A stretch of 64,000 bases of DNA from NCBI GenBank assembly GCA_051294905.1, contig CM119378.1, positions 12,524,001 to 12,588,000 of the forward strand. The letters run 5' to 3'. Within the stretch, counting starts at the first letter, position 1; each line of letters opens with the position of its first letter. The DNA is from Botryllus schlosseri (lineage: Eukaryota). Below are positions 25,394 to 39,000 of the stretch, piece after piece. The notes beneath the pieces were generated by a model that saw nothing but the letters and a program-made list of their open reading frames with translations, had not been told where the DNA came from and did no database searches. The position numbers and the translations under genes were made by a program.

Positions 25394-25759
25394 TAGGCTT
25401 ACCATATTTTGGAAATCCAAAAAGAGGACACTTTTTCAGAAATATACCACTTGCAAAACCGGAGTGAAATTCTCAAAAATCGGTTAATTTTTCCCACTCT
25501 GTGATCGGTTGACTAAAAAAAAAAAAAAAAAAGGTCATCTTTTCGCTCAGAGCTAAAATCACCGTTTTTCACCCGTCGGAGCTTCATTTCTGTGCTATTA
25601 TGTGGCATATCACTCGCAATTTGCTCTAAATATGCTCTAAATCCTAAAAAAGAGGACAAAATCTCAAAAAAGAGGACAAAAGGGCGTCCTCCGAGGACAC
25701 TTTCAAAAAAGTCAAAAAAGAGGACAAATCCTCTTAAAAGAGGACGTATGGTAAGCCTA
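25394..25759. mobile_element. hAT MITE, 366 bp, inverted near-identical copy of 21239-21604
   Basis: Same TIRs; exact TSD ACTAAAAC (25386-25393 and 25760-25767). Confidence 0.93.
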
Positions 25760-27056
25760 ACTAAAACGAGTATGTGTATGTTCCCCATCCGAAATAGCCT
25801 ACCACAACCAGAGGTGGTCAAAGTAGTCAAGAAAGCTACTTAAGTAGAAGTAGAAGTAGCGAAGACAAAATCTACTTAAGTACAAGTAGAAGTACTTCTT
25901 TAATATGCAACCTAAGTCTACTTGAAGTAGAAGTAGAATTGACCGACTTTAAATCTACTCAAGTAAGTAAGTAGTTGTGAAAACGATCCTGATTCGTTCG
26001 CATGGACTGTCAAAAGCTGCAAATGGAGCTATGCGGAAGATTTAGAGAGCTTGATTCATATTGATGCATCCCAGGAGGTGTCAATTATTGACAGAATAAG
26101 CAGTCGTCCACATCATGGGATGTAAATGATAGCATTGATATGGAAATGCGATACTAATTCTTTGGTTACTCGAACACCCCGTTTAAGAGAATATTATGGC
26201 ATGGCGCCCACCCCCATATTATAAGGACCCCAGTTCAGTCGAAGAGTAATACGGAGAAGTTGTGCCGGATACGGCTTCAACACTTTGCGCGATTAGTATA
26301 CGTTAATTAAAATATGGTGGATCGTAAAAATGCCATATAGTGATGATAGTGTATAGCTTTATTTCAGGAAATATAAGGCATTACTACATTTGCTGCTATA
26401 CTTCAACATGTATGTTCTCCAGACAATAGAACTGAAACTATAATTAGAATACAACGTATAATGCTCGTAATTGAAAGAAAAATACAAATACTACTTCTAA
26501 AAAGCGGAAAATATATTTCATGTCTTTTGTCCAGAAAGTTTCAACGGTGGTCTACTAAAACAGGTCGAACGTGATGAACGTAATGAAAACTACATATATT
26601 TCTGTGGGATTCGCATTGTTAATCGAGCAAAATGTATAGTATGAACTGTTGTAGTTTCAATATTAAGGGCTAAAACTTGGTTCTATATCAATATGACTGT
26701 AATTAATGACTGTCAGTTTACATTTTCTCAGCTTTAGCGTCTACATCTGTATGTTTCCGAAGCATCCCAGTGACATCCCTGTCTGCGACATACAAGCGTG
26801 TTCTCTCTTGCAATTTTACTCTTCGACAAAGCTTTACCTTCAGAGCCATAACTGGCTAAAACAAGCACTCTCATCGCACAAAAAAGGTGTATTTTGAGAA
26901 CCATCAGACGCTTCAATACAAAAAACAGTGTTATCAATTCTCTAAGTACGAAAATAATAGGAGGGCGCGGGTCACAGCTACTTCTAGTCTTGCGTTCTCC
27001 CGAGGCAAATAGCGCGTAGCAGCACGGAGCACAATAGCCCGAACGCAATTTTCCTA

Positions 27057-30000
27057 TCACTGAACCTCGTTCGCAGCACCCGACATCTCCTGAAGCTTGC
27101 TTGTGTAATAGTCGTTGAAATCCAACCTGTCGGAAAAATCGACATTGATAACACCAATCACGGAAGTGATGAATTTCTTCATTGTTGATCAGAGTGATTT
27201 TAACCAGAGTGACTGACTACATCTACTCGGGAAGGGGGAAAATTTTCACAGGCTCCAAAAGTTGCTGAAGCGGAATAGAAAACCATATTTATAAAGTCTT
27301 TTGTGTTTTTTGGGGGCATTTTAGGCTAAAAAGGTCAAATTGTCAAAAAAGAGGACATTTGGGCGAAGGAAGAGCATTTCTTCAAAAAGGAGGACAAATC
27401 CTCTTAACCCATTGGCACTGGCTGCAATTTTCGAAAAATTTTGCTTCAATTTTCAAAAACGAAAAACTGTACCTTAATGGGATTGGAACACAGTAGCCAA
27501 GGTAGCGTTCGAATCAGAACGTCAACACGGATCCGATTGCGCCACTCAATTCATTTTGAGCCCTGTGTCTGGCCGCTTATATCAAGAGCAAGCCGAGAAT
27601 TCGTTGATGAGAAACGTATTACATTTACTGCACTCTTTATAAACCTTAACATGGATATCTGGTGACATAGGCTTCTTGTGAATCATATCGGCGAGGAAAT
27701 CATGATCATGGAGATGGCTCAGTCGATATAATACGCCCTAATATCGCCATTATCTCATAGATACAGTGCTGACGGTTTGCACAATAAACACGCACCAGGC
27801 CGCAGAGTGAATGAGTCATCGGCGAGTGAGCGAGTGACGCGCGTGTATTTATTAGGTAGCGTAGCCTTCCAGGGCATTTACAAAGCTTATAGAGCACGTA
27901 AATGGGTCACTTTAGTATTGATAAACGGAGATTGTCAAGACCTAACCATAAGGACAAACCACAAACGCATATCTTACTACTACGTAAGGTTTATGACGTT
28001 AGTTGGTAGCACTTCATACAAACATGATACACACGTTTGCGCGGAATACTGCGTGTGGAATTGGTCTTGTTGCCATATATACATCACTATTAGCTGCTAG
28101 TCTGATGTAGATATAATCTTATGGGCATGTACTCTCCACAGAAACAATCTAAGAATGTCAAGTACCGATAAAATTCAGGATATAACACATTATGTTACGG
28201 ATATTCGTCCCTGCGTTTGACACTAGTGTGGTAGTCTGCAGGAATTCTCTTCACGATTTTCAGAAGCGGCCTTGGGGTGACATAGGCATAACTAATGTTG
28301 TTTATTTTGACCATGAAGGTGGAGATTGGCTAGTTCTATTGAAAGAGATAATCCGTAAATGCCTTTCATTACTACAACGTAAGATATATATCGTTATACG
28401 ACAGCTCTTTGTATATCCAGATGCACACTTTTGCGTAGGTATATGCGCTGAGCAATATTGTATTTATTCCGAATTATACTTGACTATTAGCCATTATTTA
28501 GAATCGTATAGGCAACAACTATTCACAGACACAATCTATGAAGGTATATCACTATTAGAACTCGATATATATCCCGTTATGTGACCAGTATTCATCCATT
28601 TGCTTGAAGCTGGTACGGTAGGCTGCGAGAATTATCTTCCCGATTTTCAAATGCAACCTTGAGCGATGCAGACATAACTAGTATAGTTGTTTTAGCACGA
28701 AAATCAGAAGCTGACAAGCGCTATTCAATTCATAGAAACAAACTACAACAACTGGCTATGACGAATACAACCAAATATACGACAGGGTATATCAGGGGTG
28801 GGCAAACTACGGCCCGCGGGCCGCATGCGGCCCGCAATGCCGTTCTGTGCGGCCCGCGAGAGTCAAAAGAAACTTTTTAAAAATATTGATAAAATGCGTA
28901 CTAAAAATCGAAATAATGCAGGGACTTGATTAACTTCATCTTAGTATATTTCACCATGATATTTCTAAGACAGTGGTTCTAAAACTGGGTGGCGCCCATC
29001 CCCCCCCTTGGGGGCGTGAAAGCATCTGAAGGGGGCGCGAAGCTGAGCAAAACTGAAACCGATTCATGTTTCTTGCTCTGTATTTAGTCTGAATTTCATA
29101 TTTCAAAATATCTCATCCACAGTCGTAACCTTCCATGCCATCCTGGCTGTGTTTCGTGATGTGACGATAAGGGGGCGCGAAATCTTTCACCATCATATGG
29201 GGGGGGGGGGGGGGGGGAAGCGTGTCCTAAAAATTGGTAACCACTGTTCTAAGGTAAATACTTCCTATATTGTTTTTTATGTTTAATTTTTGGCGCGACA
29301 GCCCGATCTCAAGGCCCACGCAGTTTGAAAGGTTTTAATGCAAAAGACCATAGTTGTTATATGCGCCACTAAAATTGTTTTTAAATATAAATATCACTGA
29401 AATCCTAAACGAGATTGACATAATTCGGATCACGGGTGTGCTTTCAGATCCATTTTTAATTATTTTGGTGATGTGTTTATAAAAGCGATTTGCGCGTGTT
29501 TCAGGTAGATTCCTCCTCCGTATCGTAGAATTGGGGTAGTGATATATTATATCTGCACAGAGTAGAAGCGTGTTCGAAGCTAACATGGTTATGATGCTGT
29601 CAGCATTGTGTGTCATGGAACTGAACTAAAACTGGAATTAGTAAATCTATAAACAGATCGCTGCTCACAGATTTAAATTTCAATCCTGTTCTAAGAATCG
29701 GGACAACCGACTTTCTTTCATCTCTATAGTTTGGACAAATTGGTTATTGATGTCGACCAGTCTATGAAATCTCGCCACTGTGTTTCTGGCGCGTGTACGA
29801 TATCATCAACGCAATGTTTAGTTTGTTTTAAATAAGCACATATATTATCTGTATGTCGTCACTATGTAATCAAACACCAATATTGCGTTTTGGTTTATAA
29901 TCCCAATTTTATATATAGTGCGGCCCGCGAATGGATTCAGATGTTGAATGCGGCCTGCGAGCCCAAAAGTTTGCCCATCCCTGGGGTATATGATGGGTAT

Positions 30001-33000
30001 CGGGAACGCGCGTTTCCGCGAAATGATGCGGTCGGCGGATATCTGTGTCACGCGGCCTATCACATAGATTTTGAACACCTTATATGTAACTAATATCAGA
30101 TATGAAGATATGAGTGAACTTGTATGGACACTAGCTTTTCACAGAAAGAAACAACTATGCTCTAAGACGGCTAGAACAAAACATACAGTACGTTATGTGA
30201 GAGTGGTCAATGACGCGCGCGTTGCCGAGACAGTGTATTTTGCAACATATTTATCTACGGTATTTGATATCCGATTTCGACGTCTTAGATATAATATATA
30301 TCAAATAATATGGTAACAATGAACTTGCACAAACAATATCTATCCGCAGAAATGAACAGCAGCGACCTAGCACGATTAGAACGGGATATATAGTGGTTCT
30401 ATTACAGTACGCTTCCCTCGTACCGGCAATGGGTAAAAATACCCACGCCGGCGCCAAACGGTTAAAGGAGGACGTATGGCAACCCTGCTATTAAGTGATA
30501 TTCAAGTAGGATTTGTGTACTCGCTCCAGATACATAAGAGGCCGATGATTTCAGACTACTTTCACTTTTACTGCAGCAGTTTCTGTGGAGAAACATCTTC
30601 CCATCTGTTCATTACATCGCATTGTGTCTTATCGCATTGTACATTGTGTGTGTCTTGATGAGATGAAAATACTATCTGACGATTATTGATTATTTAGGTC
30701 GCCTTGGAAACGAACATCACACCAGATTTGAAGAAACTTAGATATAGCCTACATTTCAATAATACATTCATATACGAGATATACAGAAGTGGTGAGTGAA
30801 TAGTATATTCATTATTCATATTGAAATGAACCCGAATATTTTCGGCCGACACTCGTCAGCGGTAATCGTCAGCAACTAGTAGAGAATTGGAAAGAACATT
30901 GTATATCAACAATCGTATCACAATATATGACGTCACCAGCATGAAAGAGAGAGCGTTCAAGGCACTATTTTTAGGCGGTACACAAACTCCTTTTGTTGAC
31001 AGAGTTTTGGTTGGTGTATTTTGATAAAAGTCGACTCAAAGGCACACAAATGGAATTGTGAACGGCCCCGCCCAACGATTCGAAATCGGTCGTCTCGATA
31101 ATTATTCGCACAAATCGGATTATCTAACAGATGTTTGCAGATGGCAGAGTTAATGGCCTTTGATCGATCAGCATCAATCTTAAGCGGATGAGTTAAGGGT
31201 GAGCTTTTCACTGAGCGTGATGCACGTGTTCTGATAAATTTGGGGACATGCTGGTTTATGCGTTCCTGCAGACGTTTTGACGTTCTTCCCACGTAGCCAC
31301 AATCACAGTGGCACTTATATTCGTACACTACATTACTTTGTTGGAGTGCAGGGAGAACGTGGTGAGTGGTGAGTAAAGAAGTGGTGAGTAAAGAAGTACT
31401 GTGACTTTTTCCGAGTACTCTAGCAGGTTTTGACCAATGTTACTACTTGCTCAAGAGGTCACGTTTTTATATTACTTCTACTTCTACTCAATTTTTTAAG
31501 CAAAACTATTTACTTTGCAATGTTGCATTTTCTGAAGCAGATAGTAGTTTTGAGATATGCTTGCATCCCTTGTATGCCTGAAATTGTCAGAACTGGCACA
31601 CAACTACTCTGACTTCAGGTAACTTCATGTATTGAAAATGACTTCGCCTGCTTGCAATGGAGCGGAGATTCACAGCCTTACTTGTACTTGTACTGGAGTA
31701 CAACTGCCTCTCATTTTAATGTTACCGAGAGAAAATATCGAAGCGCGCTTGCCTGTGAACGATGTTGAACATGACGTGCTGGCCCTGTTCGCGGCTGATG
31801 AAGCTGACCCGGTCCAGCAGTTCCAAAAACTTCTCGTTGAAGTCCTTCTCGAAACCTGCTACGTTCAGCTGATATTCCTCGGACGACGCTACCTCTCCGA
31901 GGTGGCCCGTCACTTCCTGCTCAGAAAAGCAGAGAACAAATTGAAGCAGCTGACAGCATAAGAGTGCCAGGGCGGAGTTGATTGCTATGCAACGATTGCA
32001 ATCAACGAAGTTATGCTACGATTAGCATTTCGGGGCTAGCATGAAGGGGTGGTGCAAGACTTAAAAAACCGTACAAGGCTATATTCCTTGTCAAGCGGTC
32101 TATGCACATCATGCACTCATGGGAATGTGGGATGTATATTGCATATGCATTATGCACAGATCGTCTGTATGTACAGTATATTGTGAGTCAGTGTATATGT
32201 CGCAGAAACATCAGGTACAAAAATACAACTCCCTATTCCTAGTTACGTGCAACTTTTTACGCTTCTAGTTTTGTAAAATTGACAGTAATTTGCATCCCGT
32301 TTGTGATTAAACTGTCGAAAGCTAGCGTGAAATAGCCCCCCTGATTGAGTATATATTCAAGAATCGTACCCTATATGTGGTATGTAGCTATTTGTGGTAC
32401 CATTGGTCATTTTGGGCAAGTCGTGAAGATACATCTAGGAATTTTGGAAGTCCCCACTTCCGATTACGTGCTACATCGACCAATCTACTTTTTAACAGGG
32501 TTGTAACCAAGTCACAAGGCTCCAAGTCAATCTCACTTTTAGTTCGGGTCATTTGGTCATTTTTAACTCACAACTGAGTCAAGTCCGAGTCCAAGTCAAT
32601 CTTGTTAAACCCACTTTTCATAACTCTGTTTGATGATATGGAATGGTTCACATTTATAATATACTAATCTACCTCACTTTTGGCAGTTTATGGTCGCATT
32701 TTCAATTACTAGTACCAATAGACGAAATCCCAATAGGGTGGTTACTTTATTCTTCGAAATTACAATGAAATGTCAATCTTGGCCTTCTTTGTCTCGAATC
32801 ATATGACTTGGTTCGAGTCATGCGCATTGCGCAATGACTAAAGTCCAAGTCGAGTCAATACACAGATTGACTCGAGTCGAGTAATTTCCGTATTTTTAGA
32901 AAATTACAACCCTGCTTTTTAAAACTGCTTATACGAGTAATTTTCAGACCCTTCACGTTCTACTTCCACACCAAGTACTTATTGAGAAATGTCTTGGAAA

Positions 33001-36000
33001 TGATATGTAATTCCTGCTTATTCCTATTTATTCTCAACTAGCAACGCTTACTGCTTTGATCGCCTATGCACAATTTCACAATTCGCATTTGCCGAACAAT
33101 TTATGCAACACAACCTACAAAGCACCGGAGAAATATCGCGGACTACCGTCTGGCATGTGCCGCTAAGGATTCGGGAGCATTGCACCGACCTTGGCGGTTG
33201 TGGAAATAGTTTTCGCTTGCGTTCTGACTTCTTCTTGCGTCGGTGGACCGGACAGGGTGGAATGTTCTAAAGACTCTGTAAGCGCGGCACTACTCAATTG
33301 CCTGTGCATGCTCTGAAACGGTCAAAATAGTAATTTGATGAGAAGCAGCATAAAATTTACCACGCAAAATCACGTTACCCGCATGAAATTACAGAAGGTC
33401 ACGCACAACATCAGCAGTTTGCTCAATATCTTCAACAGAGTGGTGTTGGTGAGCAAGCAGTCTTTGAGGCATTGCTGAAGGAAATCGTTGTGACACCGTA
33501 ACACCTCGTCTACGTTTCTGGCCTGTAATTGGATGTGGAATTTGAATTCTGGGAAATTCGCATATGTTATTCAATAATGAGATACCGATTCCAATTTGCT
33601 TTCCAGTTCGAACCAGTTCGGTTCCAGCACCTCGTTCATCATATAGTATTGGAAGTTGTAAATGAAATGATACATCCTCTGTCTGATCATGAACGCCTTC
33701 ATGAGCCTGTTGAAATAAACCAGCCGCAACAGTTATTGGACAGAGAAATCGGGAAATTTGTCGATTTTCATCAAAGCCTAGGGTGATGATTAGGTCAACT
33801 GCACTTCCTGCTACAAAAATTTGTTTTACACCCATTCCAAAAGGAGGAAACGAGTCAAACACCAATTTCTATCGTAATATATTAGGGATTCACAGAGGTT
33901 CACGTTCACAAACGAACCTTGGTTCTGCACTGCATAGTGAACCTTTTCATGTATTACAATTTTTCACGTCATTATAGCATCTTTGGTTTAAATTCTTTGC
34001 ATTTCAACCAAACTCGAGTCATAGCTAGGTATCGTGTATTTAATATATCACTTCACTGAAATGTAAGGTTGAATTAGCATTATGACGTCACAAGGTTCAC
34101 GTTCGCGTTCACACAGAACCTTTCAAAAAGGTTCACGTTCACACGAACCTGAACCTTTCAGGGGTTCGCAACATCACTAATATATATCCCAGGGTATAGT
34201 GGGTTCTGTTTCCATTTATCACCAAAAAAACGCTGGGATATATTTCCATAAGGATTTATGTATTTGACTTTTTTTACCCATTGGAATGAGCATGAAAGTA
34301 CAATTAGGCATCTGACAGTGCCGACGGCCTGATTTGCATCCTACACTTCAGTTTAGTAAATACACCTATTATCCACACATGTGTAATTACAGTGTAGCGC
34401 CTTACAAAGTGGGACAAAATGAATATGAATAATGAAATTATCAATAAACCGAGCTTAACAGATAGACACTCTCTTATCAGCATACCACGGTTTGGAATAC
34501 ACCGCTTCCTTCTTTGTGATCTTGTACATCAACCAGACGTCGCTGAGCTGCCGTTCCACGTGCTTCATGTAGAACAAGTGACGGAACAGCATCTAATAAG
34601 CGGAAGGAATATGTGGTGATGCTGGATGCCTCCATAGAACATGGATTTTCAAGTGCGGGGAAAAATTTCTGTTTTTGGTGGTTGCAGTTAGACCAAATAT
34701 GAGTATATGTTCGGGGAGTTGATGACTCAAGAAAAAAGGTCATCTCTTTCGGTGCCAATGGTGTCTCATTGGTATCTGGGCTAGTTGAAGAGCTACCTAG
34801 TGACCTAAAAAGGCAACACTTCCGCCTGGTCAACTCTATAAACAAAGGACAATGCAGTCAGAGGTGGCCAAAGTACAGGGAGACGTAATGATTCCTAAGT
34901 AGCTCAAAAAAGAAAGAGCTCCGGCCTCCAGTTCTGCTTATAAAGCTGAAAACTGTTAAGTAGAAGCAGTAGTAGTTTAAAATCATAACTACTCGCAAGC
35001 AGGTTAAGTAGGCCCCTACCTAAAGTATTTCAAAAAGTAGAAGTACTTCATTACTGACCACATCTGAATATAGTTTCACAGTCGATAATTGTAGTTTCAA
35101 CATTAGCCTTTCAAGGATCCCTTACAACCAGACCTCATTTCAAGAACCCCTGCCATAGATCAACGCAGACACGCCCACCTGGTACTTGGTGAGAGACTTT
35201 TTCGAGATCACGAGCGACCACGGCCAGCGCACAGTGTAGTTGAACGCGAACGACTCGAGCCCGCTCAAGTTCAGCTCGGTGGGTCCCAGGCTTTTGAAGG
35301 CTGTAAAAAGACCGGGGGTTTTGACATTTGCCGCACAAGTGTATGGTAGGGTCGGACTCACCACTTTCCTCGTCTGTGTCTATCGACAGGATGCGTACCA
35401 GTTGAGTTATGAGGTCGTAGTTCAAGAGGACGATCCTAGAAAATATACGGATGCGAATGAGCACAGGTGTGGTCAATGCAGTCACCGTTGGTACTCAGGC
35501 AGAAATGGTGAATAATAAGCTCTTACTACACGTCTTGAATCATTACAATAAATACTATATAAATAAATTAATATAAATAGAATATAAATTTGAGTACTCG
35601 TTACAACAACAATTATTCAAGTAACAACTACTCAAATTTGAATAGAGTAATAATTCTAAGATTTGAGTCGAATAATTAGAGATGATTTTTTGAAATAATA
35701 CGCTCATTGCAACTAAAGAGTTAATTTGTCAATTAGAAATATACTTTTGATACTATTTTCCACCAAGGACACTTTGAAGCCTCGTACCGCAACATGCGGA
35801 ACATGTACTACAAAACTACATACGTTGGTGAAAATGACATGATTGTAAAGCCGTAATCAAACCAAAGCATTGTCACTAAGTAAGGTAAAAAAAAGAAAAA
35901 TTATATTCAATGTGGTATAGAACTGGCATTATATTGTTTGTGGTCCCATGAAAGGTCCCTATTTCAACCATCCACATCATTCATACTGTTATGCCTTCAT

Positions 36001-39000
36001 CATGAGTGATAATAGACTCGGAGCCTTATAGTCTAGTCGAGTCTGAACGCAGACATGACATGACCATCGCCGATTCAACCTACTTCAAATCGTCCTTGTA
36101 GGGATCACGGTCAGCAGCACTCATGCGTAACGCAAGTTCCAGTAGAGTCTGCAGTCGCGACGGCATTATATCTAAAACGAGCGGTTTTCAATCGATATTT
36201 TCTACCCGAATCCGCATACACTCACCTGCCATCGGCATTTTCATCTCGTCCTCGGTGAGGTCCATGAAGTGCAGTAGGAAATCGCCCTCGTTGAGGAGAA
36301 AGTAACGTTTGACCGATTTCAAACGCAGGCGGAGGTTGTGTTCTTGCATCAGCAGGTCGAGCAGCAGCTTGCTGGCGTAGTCGTGAGCCTGGAAGAGCAA
36401 AATTTCGATTTGAGATTTCAAGAATTCGAATCAGGAATAAATTTCTTGTCGTGTGTGTTCACTGTCCAATCAGAAGTGGTTCAATTGGTCAGTGTCGCTA
36501 CTCAAGTGGAAGTAACACTATCTCTATTTACTTACAACTAGTAGCAATTTCCAAGACACGTCGGAACTAATTCAAAAGGCAGATTTGCTCGAGGGCTCCG
36601 ATACTCTTTGCAACTAATGGGTATAGATACTTTCAAAACTGCAAGATGCGTCTTCGCGACGTGCCCAAAATGATTAGTGACACAGCAAATTGTTGGAATT
36701 TTTCAATATATATTCAGTTACTGTGCTATTGGAGAAGCTGTTTCAAGCATTATTTAGAACAATTTCCCTTAAATTTATCCTGAAGCTACTTTAAGAAATC
36801 CAATCCAAAGTGCAAAAAGTACAAGTACTTTGTTACTGACCAATGACCACTTCTGTGTTCGAGTTCAAACCCGGTCATGGCTTGAATTTGTGAAAACTTT
36901 TCATGGAAAGTGAAGAAGTTGAAAATTTCATGTGCTAGTGCAAATCAAGAAATCCATATCCGATCCAAATTTGGCCAAAATCTTTTTTTCTGATCCAAAT
37001 CTTTGCTTATCACTACTTAACACTCAAGGTCGCAAGGTCAGAGATAAAAAATCACCTCTTCAATCTGCTTGATGTACTCCTTCTTATGCAGGCTGTAGAC
37101 GACCTCGCGTGCGCCCGGGCAGTTTATCTGCTTCCCGCATTCGCGCACCACGTTCAGGTACTTGCCCGTGTTCAAAATCTCCTCCGCGCTCTGCAACACA
37201 TTAACATGTCGCAACTGCGTGTAAAACCACAGCTTCCAATGGTAACGTACCGCTAGAAGGAAAACGGGTATCCTGTCGCGACACAGCGTGTACCGGAGCT
37301 CCCAGTATTTGTCGTTGTATTCCTCCTGCAGTTTTTCCTTGCTGTACTTTGTGTTTTCCTCGATCATGAACTCTCCGTACGGGTCGTTGATTTGGCCCCT
37401 GTCACGAAATAAGTCGGGCTTGGGTTTCGGTAGGCGGTTAGATCCTTCACAGAAGTGTTATTTCCACAACATGGGTAGCTTCGATTTGTCTTGTATCATG
37501 TTATACGGCCAGCTGAGTATTCAAGGTTTCCATGGTGGAAAGAATACTTAGCGAAACTATAATTCTAATTGATAATACACAGCTCAGTTGCAAGGGGCGT
37601 ATAATTTCAGTATTCGAAAAAATCATCTCACAAGCTTAACTGAAATTATATTAATTACCACTCCATTTGGACATCGGTACTGGAATAATTGCGCCCAGCC
37701 CTAAGGATTACGCGCTGTCTGGCGTCTTACCTGTATATCCACTTCTCCAACATTTCCAGATATGGCACGCTTGATATTTGCGTTAGGTACCCGCACAATT
37801 GTTCGGTTACTTTGTCCCTGCCGGAAAGAATTGGATATGAGAGAGGAACGGACGTTTGTTTGAATCAAAGGTCGTTAAAAAGCGTTGCTATTCCATTAGA
37901 TGTAAAAGTAAAAATGTACTCGAAAAAGTAGCAGTTGATCGGTGGCGGCTTCTGATATTGCAAGATAAACTGCATTTGGAAGTACTCGGTTAAAGGCATG
38001 CGCCATACAAAACCAAATACAGAAACGCGCGACCCACCCGATTGAAGACAAGGTTCTTTCATGCAGCAAAGACAGCACCGCACCCCCGACGCAGTGTCCC
38101 TTATCAATGGATATCGCGATGTCCGCCAGCTTTGCCATCTGCTCCAAAGCCGGTTGCAGTAGAAAAACCATCCGTTGCAACGTGACGATGCCGATGTCGC
38201 ACTGTCCTTCCAACTGAGCGATGCTAGACCGGTAGTCCTGTGAGGAAACAATACCAGTGTAGTGATTGGCCGGTGGCGGTGTTATCACATCCTGTGGTTA
38301 ATCGCAGCGAAGGGAATGCCTGTATGCTTTGAAGAATTTCAAAATTTTCAAATTGTTTCTCAATAATCATTTTGAAAATTTGGTAAACCTTCAATCATGC
38401 CAAGTGACCCATTTTTATCAATACTATCGTATATGATTCACATCGTTAATGAACATATCATTGAAGAATCGCAAATTCTCAAAAGGATATCCGTCACTAG
38501 CAGTCTTATGTCTAGGTCTAGGATTCATGGATTGTCGCTAATTAAGCTATTACTGAAAAGTATTTTTGGATCATGACACTCAGCACACGCTCCTAGTTAA
38601 TTTAAGAAGGCTTAGTCCGTACAATAACCGGTTGCGCCAGGCTACAAATATGGTGGCACGACACGCTTCCATCGACAGATCATACCAAATACTATCCGAT
38701 TAAATTTCATCATGAAAATTTAATCATTAAAAGGATATTCAATTTGGCAAAGTGTACCGACCTTTAGAATGCCGTTCATCGCAGATGTCAACGCGTGGTT
38801 GACTTGTCCGTATTCAAAACGTGATTTTTCTAAACAAAAATTGCAAATGTTAGGTTGAAGTATATGGTTTTTTGAGAAACGGCGACTAGATGTGATAAAA
38901 CTACAGCTATTACGGTATTCATAGCTAACCAAATTACCAACGTTATCTGCGTGTATTTTTGTCCGCAAGAGAGTAATAACAGAATACCGTACCTTCGATG

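Larger units (their letters stand above)
27408..30461. mobile_element. piggyBac-like non-autonomous element, 3054 bp
   Basis: Flanked by TTAA (27404-27407 and 30462-30465) with imperfect TIRs CCCATTGGCACTGGC / GCCGGCGCCAAACGG. It splits a hAT MITE end whose intact form is GAGGACAAATCCTCTTAAAAGAGGACGTATGG at 25721-25751. No transposase recognised. Confidence 0.72.

Noticed and set aside
33883-34179. GGTTCACGTTC-repeat element with TAGGGAT/ATCACTA ends as a delimited hAT MITE
   Set aside because: Probably a MITE, but the flanks (TAATATAT vs ATATATAT) and TIRs are too imperfect to fix its boundaries.
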